Positions 24,431 through 38,739 of a DNA stretch of 64,000 bases are shown in pieces; position 1 is the stretch's first letter, and each line of letters begins with the position of its first letter. The position numbers and the translations under genes were made by a program. The notes below the pieces were generated by a model. The model was not told where the DNA came from and did not search any database. It saw only the letters and a list, made by a program, of their open reading frames with translations. The stretch spans positions 13,888,001 to 13,952,000 of the forward strand of contig OZ249442.1 of the NCBI GenBank assembly GCA_965235115.1, written 5' to 3'. Source of the stretch: Laetmonice hystrix (Eukaryota).

Positions 24431-27400
24431 TACGTCTTTATTTATCATTGAATTATCCGCGCGATTGGCTTCCCATACATGACGTACCTTCTGTCATGGA
24501 CCGCTTGTCGGCGCCCGACCCAAACATAGAATCAAGTATATACAGAGTGCGGTATACAGCGACACGGCAGTCACCTTGACGCATCCTTTTTAAGCACACT
24601 CGCCACTCAGGTCTAACATATGTCCTGTGGCCGCCACATTGTGCGTGCGCAGCGGAGGGGGGTAAGACGGACGGGGGAGGGGCAATGGGTGAAAGACACT
24701 TAAAAAGACACACGCAGTAATCGGTGTTTTCCTATATTGATATATAGGTGTCAAATATACTCGGCAATGTGACATCTGCTCTGATACTAACCTTTCAAAG
24801 TCAACACTGCAGAAAAGAAGTTTTTAAAAGACTTACTGATATCACACGTGTGTGGTACGAACCGATACGCAGAGAGACACATTATAACCAGGTTTCCGTA
24901 CATAATACAGACATGATAGTTCAACCAATCTTTTCCTGGGGCTTAATTTTTAATCGTAATCTCGTTATGTGTCCATCTGCTGCCCCCTTTCCTCCTTTCC
25001 TCTGGAGATAGTTCCTTTCTTTTTTCTACTCTGCCCTTGTCGATCGTCTTTATGAGTACGCGTGGTTGTTCTCAACAATGCCCGGCCAACGTTTGGCTAG
25101 AAGGTTTTTTCAAAACCAAATACATCACAAGGAGAGAATTACCTTATGACATGCATTCAAAAATACTTCTTCCTTTATTCGTTTTAATTGTATACATCAG
25201 AAACGATTTCGTGCTATACTTGGCATGCCTCGACACACATATGGAACACAAATATTTGCATTGTGTTTTTTTGTTGAATATATGAATACAACCGTTTAAG
25301 CTAATTTCATGTTTTGAATATTTCTGGAGCTGCCACTGTTGAACTTTGATCGATTCTATAAGCCCCAACCCCCTTTCCCCGCGATGTGTTCTGCGTGGCG
25401 TATGAAAGAAGTTCCGACAGCCTAATCACCGTTCGTCATGTAGCATCACATCCACCAAACAATCGTACACATGTTCCGCTTTTCAAACAACATTTGGGCT
25501 GATTTAGACGGAGCATGGTCCCTCGACAGCATAGCTGAGATGAAAGTCTTTTCGATCGCGCTGCGCTGGGCCATGGAACAAGTGTCCCGGATGTTTACGT
25601 TGACCTCGTGTCAATAAACTTCCGCCGCCGGTCAGACCACGTGACCGTGCCAGTCAAAGTTCTCAAGGACTCTTTGAAGACGTGTTTAATGCGCTTTACG
25701 GTGCGTCTTCAAGCTTTTTATGGCGTTGTCCGCCAGGGCTACTTAATGCATGTAGCAGGGGTTGGTGGCATGGCCAGAGAATGCCCGCATTTCGGGGAAT
25801 TTCTGGGCCGAGTGGAGGCGCCTATAGTTACGAATGTTATGCAGAGACATAGCAAGAATTCTCACAGCAGCCATAGCTGTAGACAAATACATGTTTTTGT
25901 ATTCAGGAGGTTGGTAGATGGCGAGAACCAGGCTCCGGGTCCCAAAGGACTACGTTAAAAAAGGAAATCCTGCACTTGTATACGTGTGTCTGTGGTTTAG
26001 TTTAATCGATGGAATGACAACCGTTACCTATACTGTTATTTATTGTTAAACCATGCAATGGTGTTTCGACACGGGGCATAGTGGTGCAGCTCCTTCGAAT
26101 TGCGCTTTCAAGGGGGGGGCCTCAGGGGGTCCAAAAATTGTGCTTTCTGTGCTTTCATATAGCGTACCTTCATATCGCAGTAACTGTAGCCTACTATGGG
26201 TATATTAACGAATAGTTATATAAACGATCATTTAGAACATCTCTATAGAGGCTAGCTTACATGTATACGAATATTCAAACTCACATGTAACAGCATGCAA
26301 CTTTTTATTAAACGTTTATTACACGAGGTATATACTAGTCTTAGAACCTGATTTGTTTAACGTTTCCATAATTGTAGGTACATTTTGTGTTTCAGATCAA
26401 GTCAAGCTTGCAGCTTAAAAATAGGCACAATGATAATAAACAGGTTAAACTGTGTATTTATTATTATTACAAAGGTCAAGCTATAAACTCTCATGAGGCC
26501 GAATTGAGAATTTGCATCACAAATGTAACCTGTCTGTAATTCGTGTTTGGCCTCAAAATGCAAGCCACAATATTCAAGTCAATCTGGTAAATTACCTTTG
26601 CGTATGATGATAAAGCCCTAATTTGGAAAGGTCAGAGGGTCACTCAGAATATCATGCTGTACTACCGTGTTGTAATTAGGTTGATGATTCAAGTTTACAT
26701 GCAATATGTATGAACCTCAGAACCACAATATTGTTTCCCATGGTACATGTCTTCATTCCGCCTTTGATGGAGTTCATAATTGAAAATACCTCGACTATAA
26801 GTAGATTACTTTATCAGGAGTAATTAAGGAGTTAAATGCTAACCTGTCAGACCCACTGGTGCGCATCAGACCAGGGTAACATGCACATCCTTATATTACC
26901 TACGACACGCAACGCGCTCCTTTCAATATAAAGCGAAATGCTCAGAAAAGAAAAGCATGCCAAGAGACATACTTCAAAGACCCATCGACCATATGTGTAT
27001 ACTTCAGTTAAAAGAAGTTTATCGGTGCATTGCTTCATTATAAGAATACACTATCGCGGACTTTCAGGACAGTTGGGTGGAAATAGATGCTTTCAAAATA
27101 ATGAAAAAGAACACAAATTTCTTTTACAATATAAGCCCTATACAGAGGTTATGTGAACAATATGGGATGTGTATCTGATGTTTTTGATGTCATTCAATCT
27201 TTTCTTTGACGCCAAGATACAACCGAAATCAAACATATCGCTATAATCTTAAGGGGAAAGCTGCATTGTCCTATAGTTCTCAATATTCCGGGTCAGAATT
27301 AGGATGAGCCAGTGACAGGAAGAAATTCGACACTTATGAAATTATAGCACAGCCTCACGACATACGAAAATGATCCTTTTAGCTGTCAGATTTATATAAA

Positions 27401-28274
27401 AACTACTTCATTGCAGACTATGCAAGGCTTATAGCCGAGTCCCGATATACCAAACGGATTAGGTCACTATAAACGCAAGGGCATATTGGCTAGATTAGGT
27501 CGGATACACAGATATATGCATGCTGGGTTGTCCATCACCTTTCAACACCTTTATTATGGATGATCTCCAGTATTCTCGATGCCTTTGTGGATAATTTATG
27601 ACCCACACCGGATGTATCAATGGAATAATATAGTTGTAAGTTGGCTCTCGTGAGTCTCCACACAGGATGCGAGGGCGCCATTAGGGATGCAGATATATTC
27701 CGCTAGGGGCACTGGGGTCGGTGGACAGCAGGCGGATGTGCCATTGTCTTACTAATGTGGGTCACTGGTGTCTGATCACAAGCTGATCCTGGCTGTCAGA
27801 AGTCCACATCACAAGTTGAACATGCAGGGTGACACCGGATAGAGCTGGTGATTATGGCCCTTCATGGAACGCTCATAATCTATCATTTATAATGTTTGTT
27901 GGGTAGGCCTATAGTCCTATCATTAGTGTATAGGCCTATGTATAGATCTAGGCCCTATAGACTAGTGTCCCTTATTTTCCTTTGTGTGCGGGGAAGGGTG
28001 GTCCTCTAAATGTGGCCCATATCCCGTGCCTATATATGTATCTGGGGGAGTAGATCTAGTGCATTAATATGTGCGAAACCTATGCAGCCCCTCACTGGTA
28101 CATTATTTTGCTCTTTGGTTTGCTAAATTGAGGGTTAGAGAATGTAGATCTATATCTCATAACCCAAATATTTGCTCGGCCAGTAGTGCTGTAGCCTCCT
28201 CGATCTACACCGACATCTCGAATTCATAATATATAATTAAAGTTCGGTCTATAGTCCTAAGCATCATAGGCTAA

Positions 28275-28732
28275 AGCGGTGTTTCCATTAACGCGGCTGC
28301 GGTCCGGCTGCGGTCCGGGCACGGGTACGGCTGATATCGCACGTCGTTGTTTTTAATGTAAGTGTTTCCATTAATGCGATCTCCGTACGGGGCCCGTACG
28401 GGCGTCGCATGCGGCTGTTCCCGATCGCGTCATGGAGCGATTCGAGAACAGCCGCAGATGAGCCGCATGAGGGATCCCCTTGATCCTAGCTGGTCACGTG
28501 CATGTTGTTCACTCAAAAAATGGATGACACCATGCCTCACGTTGTCAGCAAGCAAGATATCCAAAAACTTAACGAAAAACTTATCGATTCGGCAGGTGTA
28601 TGGCCTATGACCTTATACCAACAACATTGAGACGCAGCCGGGACGCACCTTTAAAAACAACGACGTGTCTTATCAGCCGTACCCGTGCCCGCACCGCAGC
28701 CGGGCCGCAGCCGCGTTAATGGAAACACCGCT
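28275..28732. mobile_element. MITE (non-autonomous DNA transposon, PIF/Harbinger-like), 458 bp
   Basis: 82-bp terminal inverted repeats starting agcggtgtttccattaacgcggctgcgg with 5 mismatches; flanks TAA / TAC resemble a 3-bp TWA TSD with one change; no ORF. Superfamily is inference. Confidence 0.85.
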
Positions 28733-28971
28733 TACGTCCTACTGCATAGGGGTAATATCTAAACCCTAACTCCATCGGGAGCCCAAGGTTGCTGAACACA
28801 AAAAAATGCCAATTATCATTGGCTTCACCGTGCAAGGATGCATGGCCACCCGCCCGGAGGTCGACTCTCCAGGGCTGGAACCTCTCCATGCATCCTGGCA
28901 GACTCCAGGGTCGTGGTTCATCTGTGGCACCTGACCTGACGTGGTCGTCTGCGCTGGTCGGCCAAGACGTC

Positions 28972-28985
28972 ACGCCCTCTGGCGG
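28972..28985 (-). promoter_or_regulatory. CTCF-like motif
   Basis: ccgccagagggcgt on minus strand, 12/14. Confidence 0.45.
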
Positions 28986-30129
28986 CCATGGGGGACGGAC
29001 TTGCGCTTGATGCTGGGTCTACGCCCGTCTCGCCCTTCACCTCGCACCTTGCGAGACATACTGGCAACCATTGTTTTAGCATTTGGACAACCGTCAATGA
29101 CGCCTGTGGCTGCGGGGGTTCGGCCCAGGAGTATATATCCACTGCATAATGTACAGAAATTCCGGAGCCAGCGGCAGTTAGTATGGAATTAGGCCTATAA
29201 CAAACCGACTTGCTTGTCTCATTCATCGGTCTTTGTGTCGTCGTTTCGAATGTTCCCCAGCCTCCGATGTTACAAAGACACGTATTGGCCAACACAAAAC
29301 ACGACCTCACGCTGGTCTTGATGATCAGATCACACTTCAGGGGGCGCCCTAAGGCAACCGCCAAGGGATCAGACATGTCTCTCTTCCAATCAACGAGAAA
29401 TCAACTGTCCAATGCCCTGCCTTCAGCGTGAGGCCCATCATAATACCCTTTCCAAACTAAAGAAGCACCGGAACCTTTGATATGCCTATAGATTCTACAC
29501 GTTTACAGGCAGTATTCTATATAAGGAGGAAGATTTTGATCGTTATCGTTGTCCTTCAACGGTCATGACCACCCCACGCCAGTCGGTCATCTCATCCCCG
29601 CAGGACACGATGACAAACCGTTGTTTTTTGTCATGAAGGTTAAAACATTATGCCCTTGTATATAGCTAGTATGACTCATCAGTGGCAGCATGGTCAGTCG
29701 CTTCACCAATGCCCTGGGGTAGGCCTACATCAGTGGCGATATAAAACCACGTAAACCCATGGGTATATATTTTATTAGCAATTTATTATAAAGTAGGCTT
29801 AGATCTATAACCGGCAGCTCGATGGTGCATGATGAAATCTTGCAGCTCATATCCACAATCCGTGTCGATCGAAAGGTGGCGGTACCGTATACATAGAAGC
29901 CGATGTCGTAATTTTTTGTTCCCGATATGTCAAGAGCGTTTCAAATCTCCTTCTTTGTTTCACTTTCTCCTCTTTTCTCCTCTGCTCTATTTTTTCTTTA
30001 TTGTTATTTTTTCTCTATACCCTCCTGTTTTCCTCTTCCATTTGGTCCGTATTCCTATCCTATCAGTTTGGTCTCGGTTCGCTGTCGTTTCATCTTCATT
30101 TATATTTCTCTTATCTAATCCATCCTTTG

Positions 30130-30460
30130 TTTCTCTATATATCCCTGTCTCCTCGATCTCTATATCCCTATCTCCTCGATCTCTATATGTCTGTGTCTCA
30201 TCTCTATATATCCCTGTCTCCTCGATCTCTATATATCCCTGTCTCCTCGATCTCTATATATCCCTGTCTCCTCGATCTCTATATCCCTGGCTCCTCGATC
30301 TCATTATATCCCTGTCTCCTCGATCTCTATATCCCTGGCTCCTCGATCTCTATATATCCCTGTCTCCTCGATCTCAATATATCCCTGTCTCCTCGATCTC
30401 TATATATCCCTGGCTCCTCGATCTATATATATCCCTGTCTCCTCAATCTCGATCTATATA
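30130..30460. repeat. Minisatellite, 23-25-bp unit
   Basis: Unit ctctatatatccctgtctcctcgat, preceded by a pyrimidine-rich tract. Confidence 0.93.
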
Positions 30461-30689
30461 GGCCTATTTAATATAGTTTTCTCCATCTTAGTTTCTATAG
30501 CATATAAATTCATGAAGGCAAGTGTAATAATAATTTCTCTATACCGCTATCGCTATCTCCACGCAGTGCAGCCAGTTTTTTTCTCTATACTTCTCAACCT
30601 TTCCTCTTTCTCTATCCCTGGCCTCTCTATAGATATCCATCTCTATCTCGATCATAAGTATCACACTGAACGTACACACACCCTAGCTT

Positions 30690-30745
30690 CCTCCCCCTCC
30701 TCCCCTCCCTCCCTCCCTCCCTCCCTCCCTCCCTCCTCCCTCCCT
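30690..30745. repeat. (CCTC)n microsatellite
   Basis: Direct reading. Confidence 0.9.
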
Positions 30746-30889
30746 CCAGACCATCACAATGTGGTCGGTGATGACCGTATCACTGGCAGGATCTGCTCTT
30801 TCTGACACTGTCATGCCTGAGGGGATCCCTTCGTATACCTGAGATCATTCACTTCCCATTTTATGTCTTTACCCGTCTACATCAGCACA

Positions 30890-31061
30890 ATAGTTCTTTT
30901 ATAGGTTCAAAGTTTCCAAAAGTAAATGTTGAGCATTGTAAATTCTGTGTTTGAATGCGTACACCTATGGTATAGATAGTTCTTTTATAGGTTCAAAGTT
31001 TCCAGAAATAAATGTTGAGCATTGTAAATTCTGTGTTTGAATGCGTACAGCTATGGTATAG
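30890..31061. repeat. 86-bp tandem duplication
   Basis: atagttcttttataggttcaaagtttcca...ctatggtatag at 30890 and 30976, few mismatches. Confidence 0.92.
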
Positions 31062-33918
31062 ATGGACCTGGTGTCAGTCCATCTATTATACAGATAATGT
31101 GTGTCAAGGATATTATAGTGGTCTTTAGATGCATTTAGAAATACTCTATGTATACATGTATAGTAAGGCACTTGATAGTATACATGTATACATATACCCA
31201 TTGTATTCCTACTTAATTGTTTCCTATACCTGGTCGCTGCATGGTCTCACCCCCTCACCAGGTGCTGCCTATAATACGTCCGACATTATATGGCATATAT
31301 ACCTGACACGAGGTTAATGGTGACGTCTTCCTCCTCATCCCGCCAGCATCCTTATCTTGTCACTGCAGCTTGTGTGTGGGTACACGGCGGGCGGGTCTAC
31401 CACCACGTGCCTGTCTGCCCGTGTCCCCGCGGTGGTCCGGCACGTGCCATGGGTGGGTCCCGGCACGCCTGGCCCCCACCCCCGGCTTAAACGTACGACC
31501 GCCCCCAACCCCCCGCCCCAGGCATTCCCGCAGGGGGAAAGGACCTTCATAAACTAAACAGTAATGACCGTTAGAAAATAATCTGGACATATTAAGTTAG
31601 AATGCATTTTCCTGGCAGGTATACACATTTATTATACAGACATAGTCCTCTCTATAGGCCCTGTACAATTCGGCTTCGGCTACACATAATAATATAATAT
31701 GCCACTGTATAGCATTTTACCATTTTATTAAGTTAATCATTTATTTAAAAAAAAGACATCAATATCATCGCCTTTGAGATGTCAGACACATATAGCTTCA
31801 AACTATGACTGTAGCCCCCCCCCCCCCCCCCCATCACACCAACACCACCACCTCCCGTCCCTTCCAATGATTAAATGCTATTATAGAATTCCTATAGTGC
31901 GCATGGCGCTGGCCCAGGGCACTTGTTTCAGTACAACCGGTGAACATGTGAATTGCAGATGCCGCCCATTGCATAGCAGCAGGCGGTTGGGTGAGATGGC
32001 GGGTTAAGATGTGGGACAAAAACTGACTGCAGCTGGCGCACCCGCATCCCTCGATCACCCTGGGCACCCGCCTCTATACCTGCCTGTCACCCTGAGGCCG
32101 CGAGGACGCCTTCAGCGTTCTCAGGGAGTGTGTGTGTGTCTGTGTGTAGGGGCCGGAGGAAACACACCTTGCCTCCATAGGTACTGTGTCTTCGTCTTCC
32201 GTATCAACTTTATCATCAACATTATACGTGACAGCCGTTCAACCGTTCAAACCTGGCCATCTGGACAATAACTATTTAAATGTCTAACACTTTTATACCA
32301 GGTCTTTTTTGCAAGGTCATTTCATCAAAATCTCTAAAACTGTTCGTTCATTTTGGGGTCAAAAACTGGGAATGGCCCAGCCAGTTTCCATTTTCGGTGA
32401 TATTTTTCAATGTAGAAGTGGAGTTTATAAAACTGCTCCCTTTACGGACAAAGTCCATCATATTGATATCGATAAACTAAATAGGAATGATTGAATGTCT
32501 AATATATTGGAAAAAATTGATGGAAAATGCATGTGGACAGTTTGGTGAACTTTCATTCGTTTAAATGCATTGCCCTTTTCCTAATTTTATCTTGTATATA
32601 CTTTTACCTTATAAATGTCGTGAAGAGAGTAATGAATTGTGCAGACTGGAAGGGCTCGTTTCGCTTTATAGTAATTGAATGATCATACAATTGACTTGCA
32701 GACATAATTATGTGTCAGTCACATAATTCGACGCCCATTATCATTCACGTGATTAAGCCTACAGTATAGATAGACTGCAGTGAAGACTGGTATATTCACC
32801 TAACTTGACGCCTCGGAGCTACTACAATGTTCATGTTATAGTCACCACATAGATTGGGGTACAATGGTGATTCAGTGCTGCCTCTAGGGGGTACTACCCC
32901 CAGAGATCGCCTTGCGGCTCCCCACGCTGCGTTCCTTGCAGCCTCCTAGCGGTAGGTATCGTCAACCACTGGGCAGCTGTCTGCCCCTCCACCGTCCCCT
33001 GACACCAGTCGGTCAGCGTCCCGTCAACACAAGATGACCGATGCCCTTCTGACCACACGGGTCGTGGTCATCGTCAGCTGACCGGTGTCCACTCGACGCC
33101 AGCCCCCTTCCCACCCGCTGCCCCCAAAAGCCCTCCGGGGCAAGCCGTTGTCCGCCGTTCCCGGTGAGTGACCACCAAGGGTTGCGCCACGCGAGCGGCC
33201 ATTGTTAAGGGAAGTGCGTCACGTTGCGAGCAGACGAAATGCCGTCATTACGTTGCGTTGATGGCGAAGCAGAGCGCCCCTTGTCAGCAAACCCCGCTTT
33301 TCGCTTGTCAACACCACTTAGCGACCCCTAGCGGGTAGGTCCGGGGGATAGAAACCTGCCAATCTCCTTATACGGCGAGTAAAGACGCCGTCCCACGCCT
33401 AATCTTTGAATGGTGTCTTGACGATACCGTTTCAAATTGCCCTTTATCTACACAGTCATATATATGCCACACACGTTAGAAGAAAGTCTTTGAAGACGCC
33501 ATGGGTCGGGTTACCGGCATAAAGTGCCCGGTAAAAAGATGTCAATGCCCTGAGTGTATTTAGACGATACACAGATTACTGGTGGTCGATACGGTAAAAA
33601 TGCCAAGTCTGTTTGGAGTCCCACGATAAGTAGGGTATCACGTATAGAGGACTTATATTAGCATAGACTGTATACGTTGTCCAGGTAGCCATTCAACGTA
33701 GATCAAATCTCTTAGACCACAAAGGTGACTACTGTTTAGGGGTTCTCGCCCTTTATTTATTCCTTTTTTTATTCCTTTTCCCCCACAATTAGAAGTTTAC
33801 GGAGAATGACGTTTACATTAGGATGTTGAGTATAAAAAAACACGTCCCTCTAATTGAATGTATCCATGGCCCTTCAGTAACTTGTACAACTCAGTGGAGG
33901 GGCGTATATTCCTGTACG

Positions 33919-34092
33919 TCTGCTACCTTTGGTTAGAAGACGGTCTGCTTCCTTTGGTTAGAAGACGGCCTGCTTCCTTTGGTTAGAAGACGGTCTGCTT
34001 CCTTTGGTTAGGAGACGGTCTGCTTCCTTTGGTTAGGAGACGGTCTGCTTCCTTTAGTTAGAAGACGGTCTGCTTCCTTTGGTTAGAAGACG
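33919..34092. repeat. Minisatellite, 25-bp unit, about 7 copies
   Basis: Unit ctgcttcctttggttagaagacggt. Confidence 0.95.
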
Positions 34093-37000
34093 AAACATCT
34101 GAACTGAGAAGGGGTAAACATGTTTGAAAGTTTAGAATATTCATCACGATACAATGTAAAATTTATTAGCCAATAAATAAAGGTGCATGACGCTCAAGTA
34201 CACCGCATTTACGTATAGATCAGTATAAGAAAACTCGACGTGCCTATTTCTGAGTGGTTTTTGGTGTGCTTACATGTAGCCTACGTTCATGCAATATTCA
34301 TTTTACATAATAGTATATTGAAGAGAAATGTTCAGAAAGGTATCCTGTTCCGTCTTGCAAAGTTTTAGCATAGTTCAAAAGATAGAATGAAATGCCAGAC
34401 ATTTGGCACCGTTCGTGAACCGGGGCTTTTGTCCAAGGAAGCCTTTTGTGCTTTCCTTCGGGTTCGGGGTAAAGTAATTGAGCTACCATTCTTATATAAG
34501 GGCGGGTTTGTTTCAACAGGCTCGCCCTGGTACCTCCCCTCCCTGGCACCTATTGAAGCCGGCTGTCCCGACCACGTACAATACGCGCGTTGATCCATTG
34601 TGATCTTTTGTTGGCGAGGGTGCGTATGGCCGTGTGTAGTTACCCGTGGGGTGATGAGGAGAACGCTTGGTCCACCTGCATCAGCACCTCAGCATAGATC
34701 CTCCGCCAGATCGGCTTTCACCCGAACCCCACCGGGGGAGGGGGCGGAGAGGGGCCGGCAGCTGGGGTGTGGAGGGCGGGTCGACTACCCTTGAGACACT
34801 TGTTACGTACGGCGAGCAAACAAGTAAAATTAGGGGGTATTTATGTGCTTTGCACTTTGCTGGTGTCTGGAGCGGGATGCTTGCGGGGTGGATAATAGAC
34901 CTTGCTCCCCAAATAGGGGCGTGGGTATTGTTCCTGGTATCTGTGTCGCCGCCTTGCTGTCGGTTCTGGTAACATCACCCCTAGCGTCTGCTGAGAGACG
35001 CAGCCACGGAAGGAGAATATGTTGCATAAGCCGGATCTTCCATTGTTTACCGGGGAGGAACCCCCCTCTTGTCAAGCCGGGTTAAATTAGGGTGAAAATG
35101 GATTTCCTTCTTTGGGGGAGATCCACAGGAGGGAGTCCCCCATCAACCCATTAGGAATCCCCGGACTCCGGGAACAGTTGGGGGTGTTCAGACCGTTCAG
35201 ACAACTGAACAGTGGTGAACGGGGAAAGTTTAGATAATGGAGAGACAAGAATACAATTACGGCCGGTGGTTTATTGTATTCGTGCTCTTTAAATCTCGCG
35301 GGGGACGTTAGTATGTAAATTAGGAGCGAGTTTGTGTCGTCACGCATTGTAATACGAGACACGGAACGGTGGCTGAAATCACGCATCTCAGACCTCATAA
35401 TATAAGTGAGGGATTGTAGAGAAACAGCTATTGTCAAGTGTTCCCGGGTCAAACTTAATTTGACCCGGGAAATTCACAGGTGGTCATCGTGAAGGGAGGC
35501 AGTGTTGGTCAGTGAGTGATGGCGGGTATAGTCACCGGACTTAAGGTGAACTCGAGGCCGACAGGACCTTGGCCATGCCTCATTGGTCACTACATGAATA
35601 CTTCTGGCATGTTCACAGAAATTGAATTACCCCCAAACGCATTCCTTTTCATGTCGCGCTCATTTCGTCATTTCCTGACATGGTCAAGGAAAGCGTGGGG
35701 GCAGTGACCTCCATTGTCGCCCGGCCAACACTTGACTGACCATTGGTTTTGTGTGTCCGGTCTAACACATCATGATTATGAAATCGTAAGGGGAGCTCCA
35801 TATGGAACAGTACAACGTGAATGACGACTATTGCATGTTAACATTTACTGTCTGCCCAGCACGATCAGACTTTCTATAGTCGCGGCGACGCTGGCCTCAT
35901 GACCCTATTGTATTAAGCCTCCCCGCATGCTTGACCGGTGGTCGAACACCACGCCCACTGACCACGCTCGGTAGATATCATATATACGTCCGAGTGGTCA
36001 AGCGTAAAATCATATTTCTACCGACGCATGAGATATGAAACAACGCCTTATAATAACGAGCGGTGTTTTGAGCACTTTGAACTGGCCAGTGCTCAGTGAT
36101 CGGCACTGAGTAGACCGCTGGGCCTGCAGGGGCCAATACCTGCTTCAAAAAACTGCATTTCATTTCTTCCAACACATGTGTTTATTTATTATTATCATTA
36201 ACTATGGCCCCACCCCGTGCCCACGCCCCTCCGCGGACACGCATCATTCACACAGGTGCCTTTCCAAACAGCCCCGCCAATAGAAGAAAAATAGCCGACG
36301 CTATAGATCATAATCTATGTAATTACATAATTTGGACTCATGTACACAACATTATAAACGATATAATATAATCACATGTACCCTGGTGTGCACCCAGCAG
36401 CGCCTAGAAACATTAAACAAGTTTTACCCGCTGACGCCATGCTGCACTGGCCCTTTCATAGTCACCTAACATTTTGTGTGATTTAGAATTTACGCGTATG
36501 AGGGAGAAAAGTGCATCCTGTCCTAGAAACGGGACCTCGGGTGATTACAGATAACGAAAGCCTAGAGGCTGCGGGAGACCGAAGGGTCATTAGAGTGAAG
36601 TCTGCACTTATTCACCCCTTGGAAGCTTGTGCAATCCAAGAGCTTCGCGTCCCGACGTCTTTATTCTCCTGAAACCTTGAAATAGTGTTCCTTCGGTTTA
36701 CGAGCCTGAACTGGTGATATTTAACTCTACCGATGGTTGAAGGGTTTACTCAATAGCACATTGAGTTTATTGTTAGGAAATACTTTGTGAAATAAAGAGC
36801 TGATGTTCCTTAAAGGAAGTATGATACAGGTCCATCAGGGTCTTGTTCCATTACGTTTGTTTCCTAAGGAAAAGTATGTTGTGAAATTGGTATACATGAC
36901 CTTGTTATCGTCAACTTTTATTCTGAGAGTCGATCTATTTTAGTTGTGTCCTGGAAATAAAGTCCAGGAATTTGAGGACGGTTCCGAGGTCCTAAAGTGT

Positions 37001-37931
37001 CAAGCCGAGCAGTATCGACACGTTTCACCTGCCCTCCCCGTCATGGTTGGAGCCCCTCGAGTGTCAACCTCGTGTCATGCTCCGCTGCCCAGGGGGTAAA
37101 AGGGGTGGGTGGTGGGGGTTCATACCCCGTGTGCCCCCATTGAGGGGCACCTCCCAACCCCCCTCACAATACACTCGGCGGTATGGGGGCAGATGGTCTG
37201 CGCAGCAATGCGCTCACTGCGCTTGCGCAAGATAGTCCCGCACTCGAAACCACGGAGCAGTCCCGCACCTGCGTTTTGACCGAATGGTGTGTGGTTGTAA
37301 GGGAAGGTGAGGAAGCAGGTAGGGTTGTACGGAGAGCAGTCCCGCATGGGTAGGGTGCAGCAGCAGGTCGCTGGCCGTCACAGCCGTGTAGGCCCCTATA
37401 TCTACTCCTCAAGTATACCTATGGGCCCTATGATTATTTCATTCAGCGTAGCTGTTCCATGGCAACCTGTTGCATGTGGGATTCGCTGAAACCATCCGCT
37501 TAATTTGAACGAATGAAAATATTTGTATCCCGCTTAAACTCCGCCACACGTGCGACCAGTTTCTTGAAAAATCCAAATGATTTTATTTTCTAATAAGTCG
37601 TCAGTCGTCAGGATTGAGATGCTTGTACGACGTATAAATAATGCATGTAGCAATCAGCTTTATAATGGTATACATTGACCTATATACATATCAATTATGA
37701 CATCATCAATCTGAGGAACCCTCGTTGTAACTTTAAAATGTTGACCAATATAGAACGACGATAAAGACCTTTTTTCTTTCCCCCTTTTCCGCTTTTCCCT
37801 GCGTAACTCTTTAACTCTTTACCCCCCTCCATATATACCCTCATACCCGTGAGTGATATCATTGCATGTTTCATCACAGAAGCAATCAACGCGAACGTTA
37901 AATTTCCTTTTATGGCTAAAACAAAAAATCT

Positions 37932-38040
37932 ACAATCGTTCCAAGAACATTTCACACATTCGCTGACTAATTATAGCTGATAGATCACAATCGTTCCAAG
38001 AACATTTCACACATTCGCTGACTAATTATAGCTGATAGAT
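37932..38040. repeat. 54-bp perfect duplication
   Basis: acaatcgttccaagaac...gctgatagat at 37932 and 37987. Confidence 0.93.
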
Positions 38041-38725
38041 GCGTTTCTATTTTTCCTTATATATCCTCTTCAGAGGACGACATTTTTGTAAGGTCCCGGA
38101 TGTCATATGGCACCTTTGTGTCCGAATTAAACGCGGCCATTCTGATTACTAACCATTAGCCTCTTTGAAAGTGTTGCAAGACAAAGTCCTTAAAGAATCC
38201 TCAAAAGGATACAATCCCTAATATTACACCATAATTGACCTGGATAATCTCTGGTAATAACTACTGTATACAACAAGGAAGAAGGAGCAAGGTTTTCAAC
38301 TCGGACAAGTGGCCCTTTTTCACCGCGGAAAGCAGACGGTCAAATATGTACCTTAGCGTTTGTGTTCGCCACAGGTCGCCCGAGCACAAACAAGAGTAGA
38401 CAAGAGGCGAATCACACGCGACAAAAGGTCCAACCTGTGAAACGGATGCCGACAAACGGCGACCGCAGATCGTCCCATTGTTTCCGCGTTAAGGTTGCAC
38501 CCGTCGTTTGATGTGGCCCTTGCGTAACGTTGCTGCATCAGAACGTTACCGATTTCTTTGATTCCCTTTCTGAGCGGTCTCACTCTGGTAGCCTTCTCAT
38601 CAATCCCACACTTAGGGACGAGACTCGAAGTGAAGTAAATAGGTTGAAATTAGAGATTTGTGAAGAATACCGCCGTTTCTATTTACGGGTATCTTTCCTG
38701 GAAAACTTTGTGAAGTATTGAACTG

Positions 38726-38739
38726 TCACTAGGGGGCGT
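38726..38739 (+). promoter_or_regulatory. CTCF-like motif
   Basis: tcactagggggcgt, 12/14. Confidence 0.45.

Noticed and set aside
29600-29700. Hammerhead ribozyme (CUGAUGA on minus strand; similar at about 8943 and 60868)
   Set aside because: Required GAAA after stem II is absent in each case.
35441-35471. Helitron 3' end
   Set aside because: No CTRR terminus at the expected distance on either strand.
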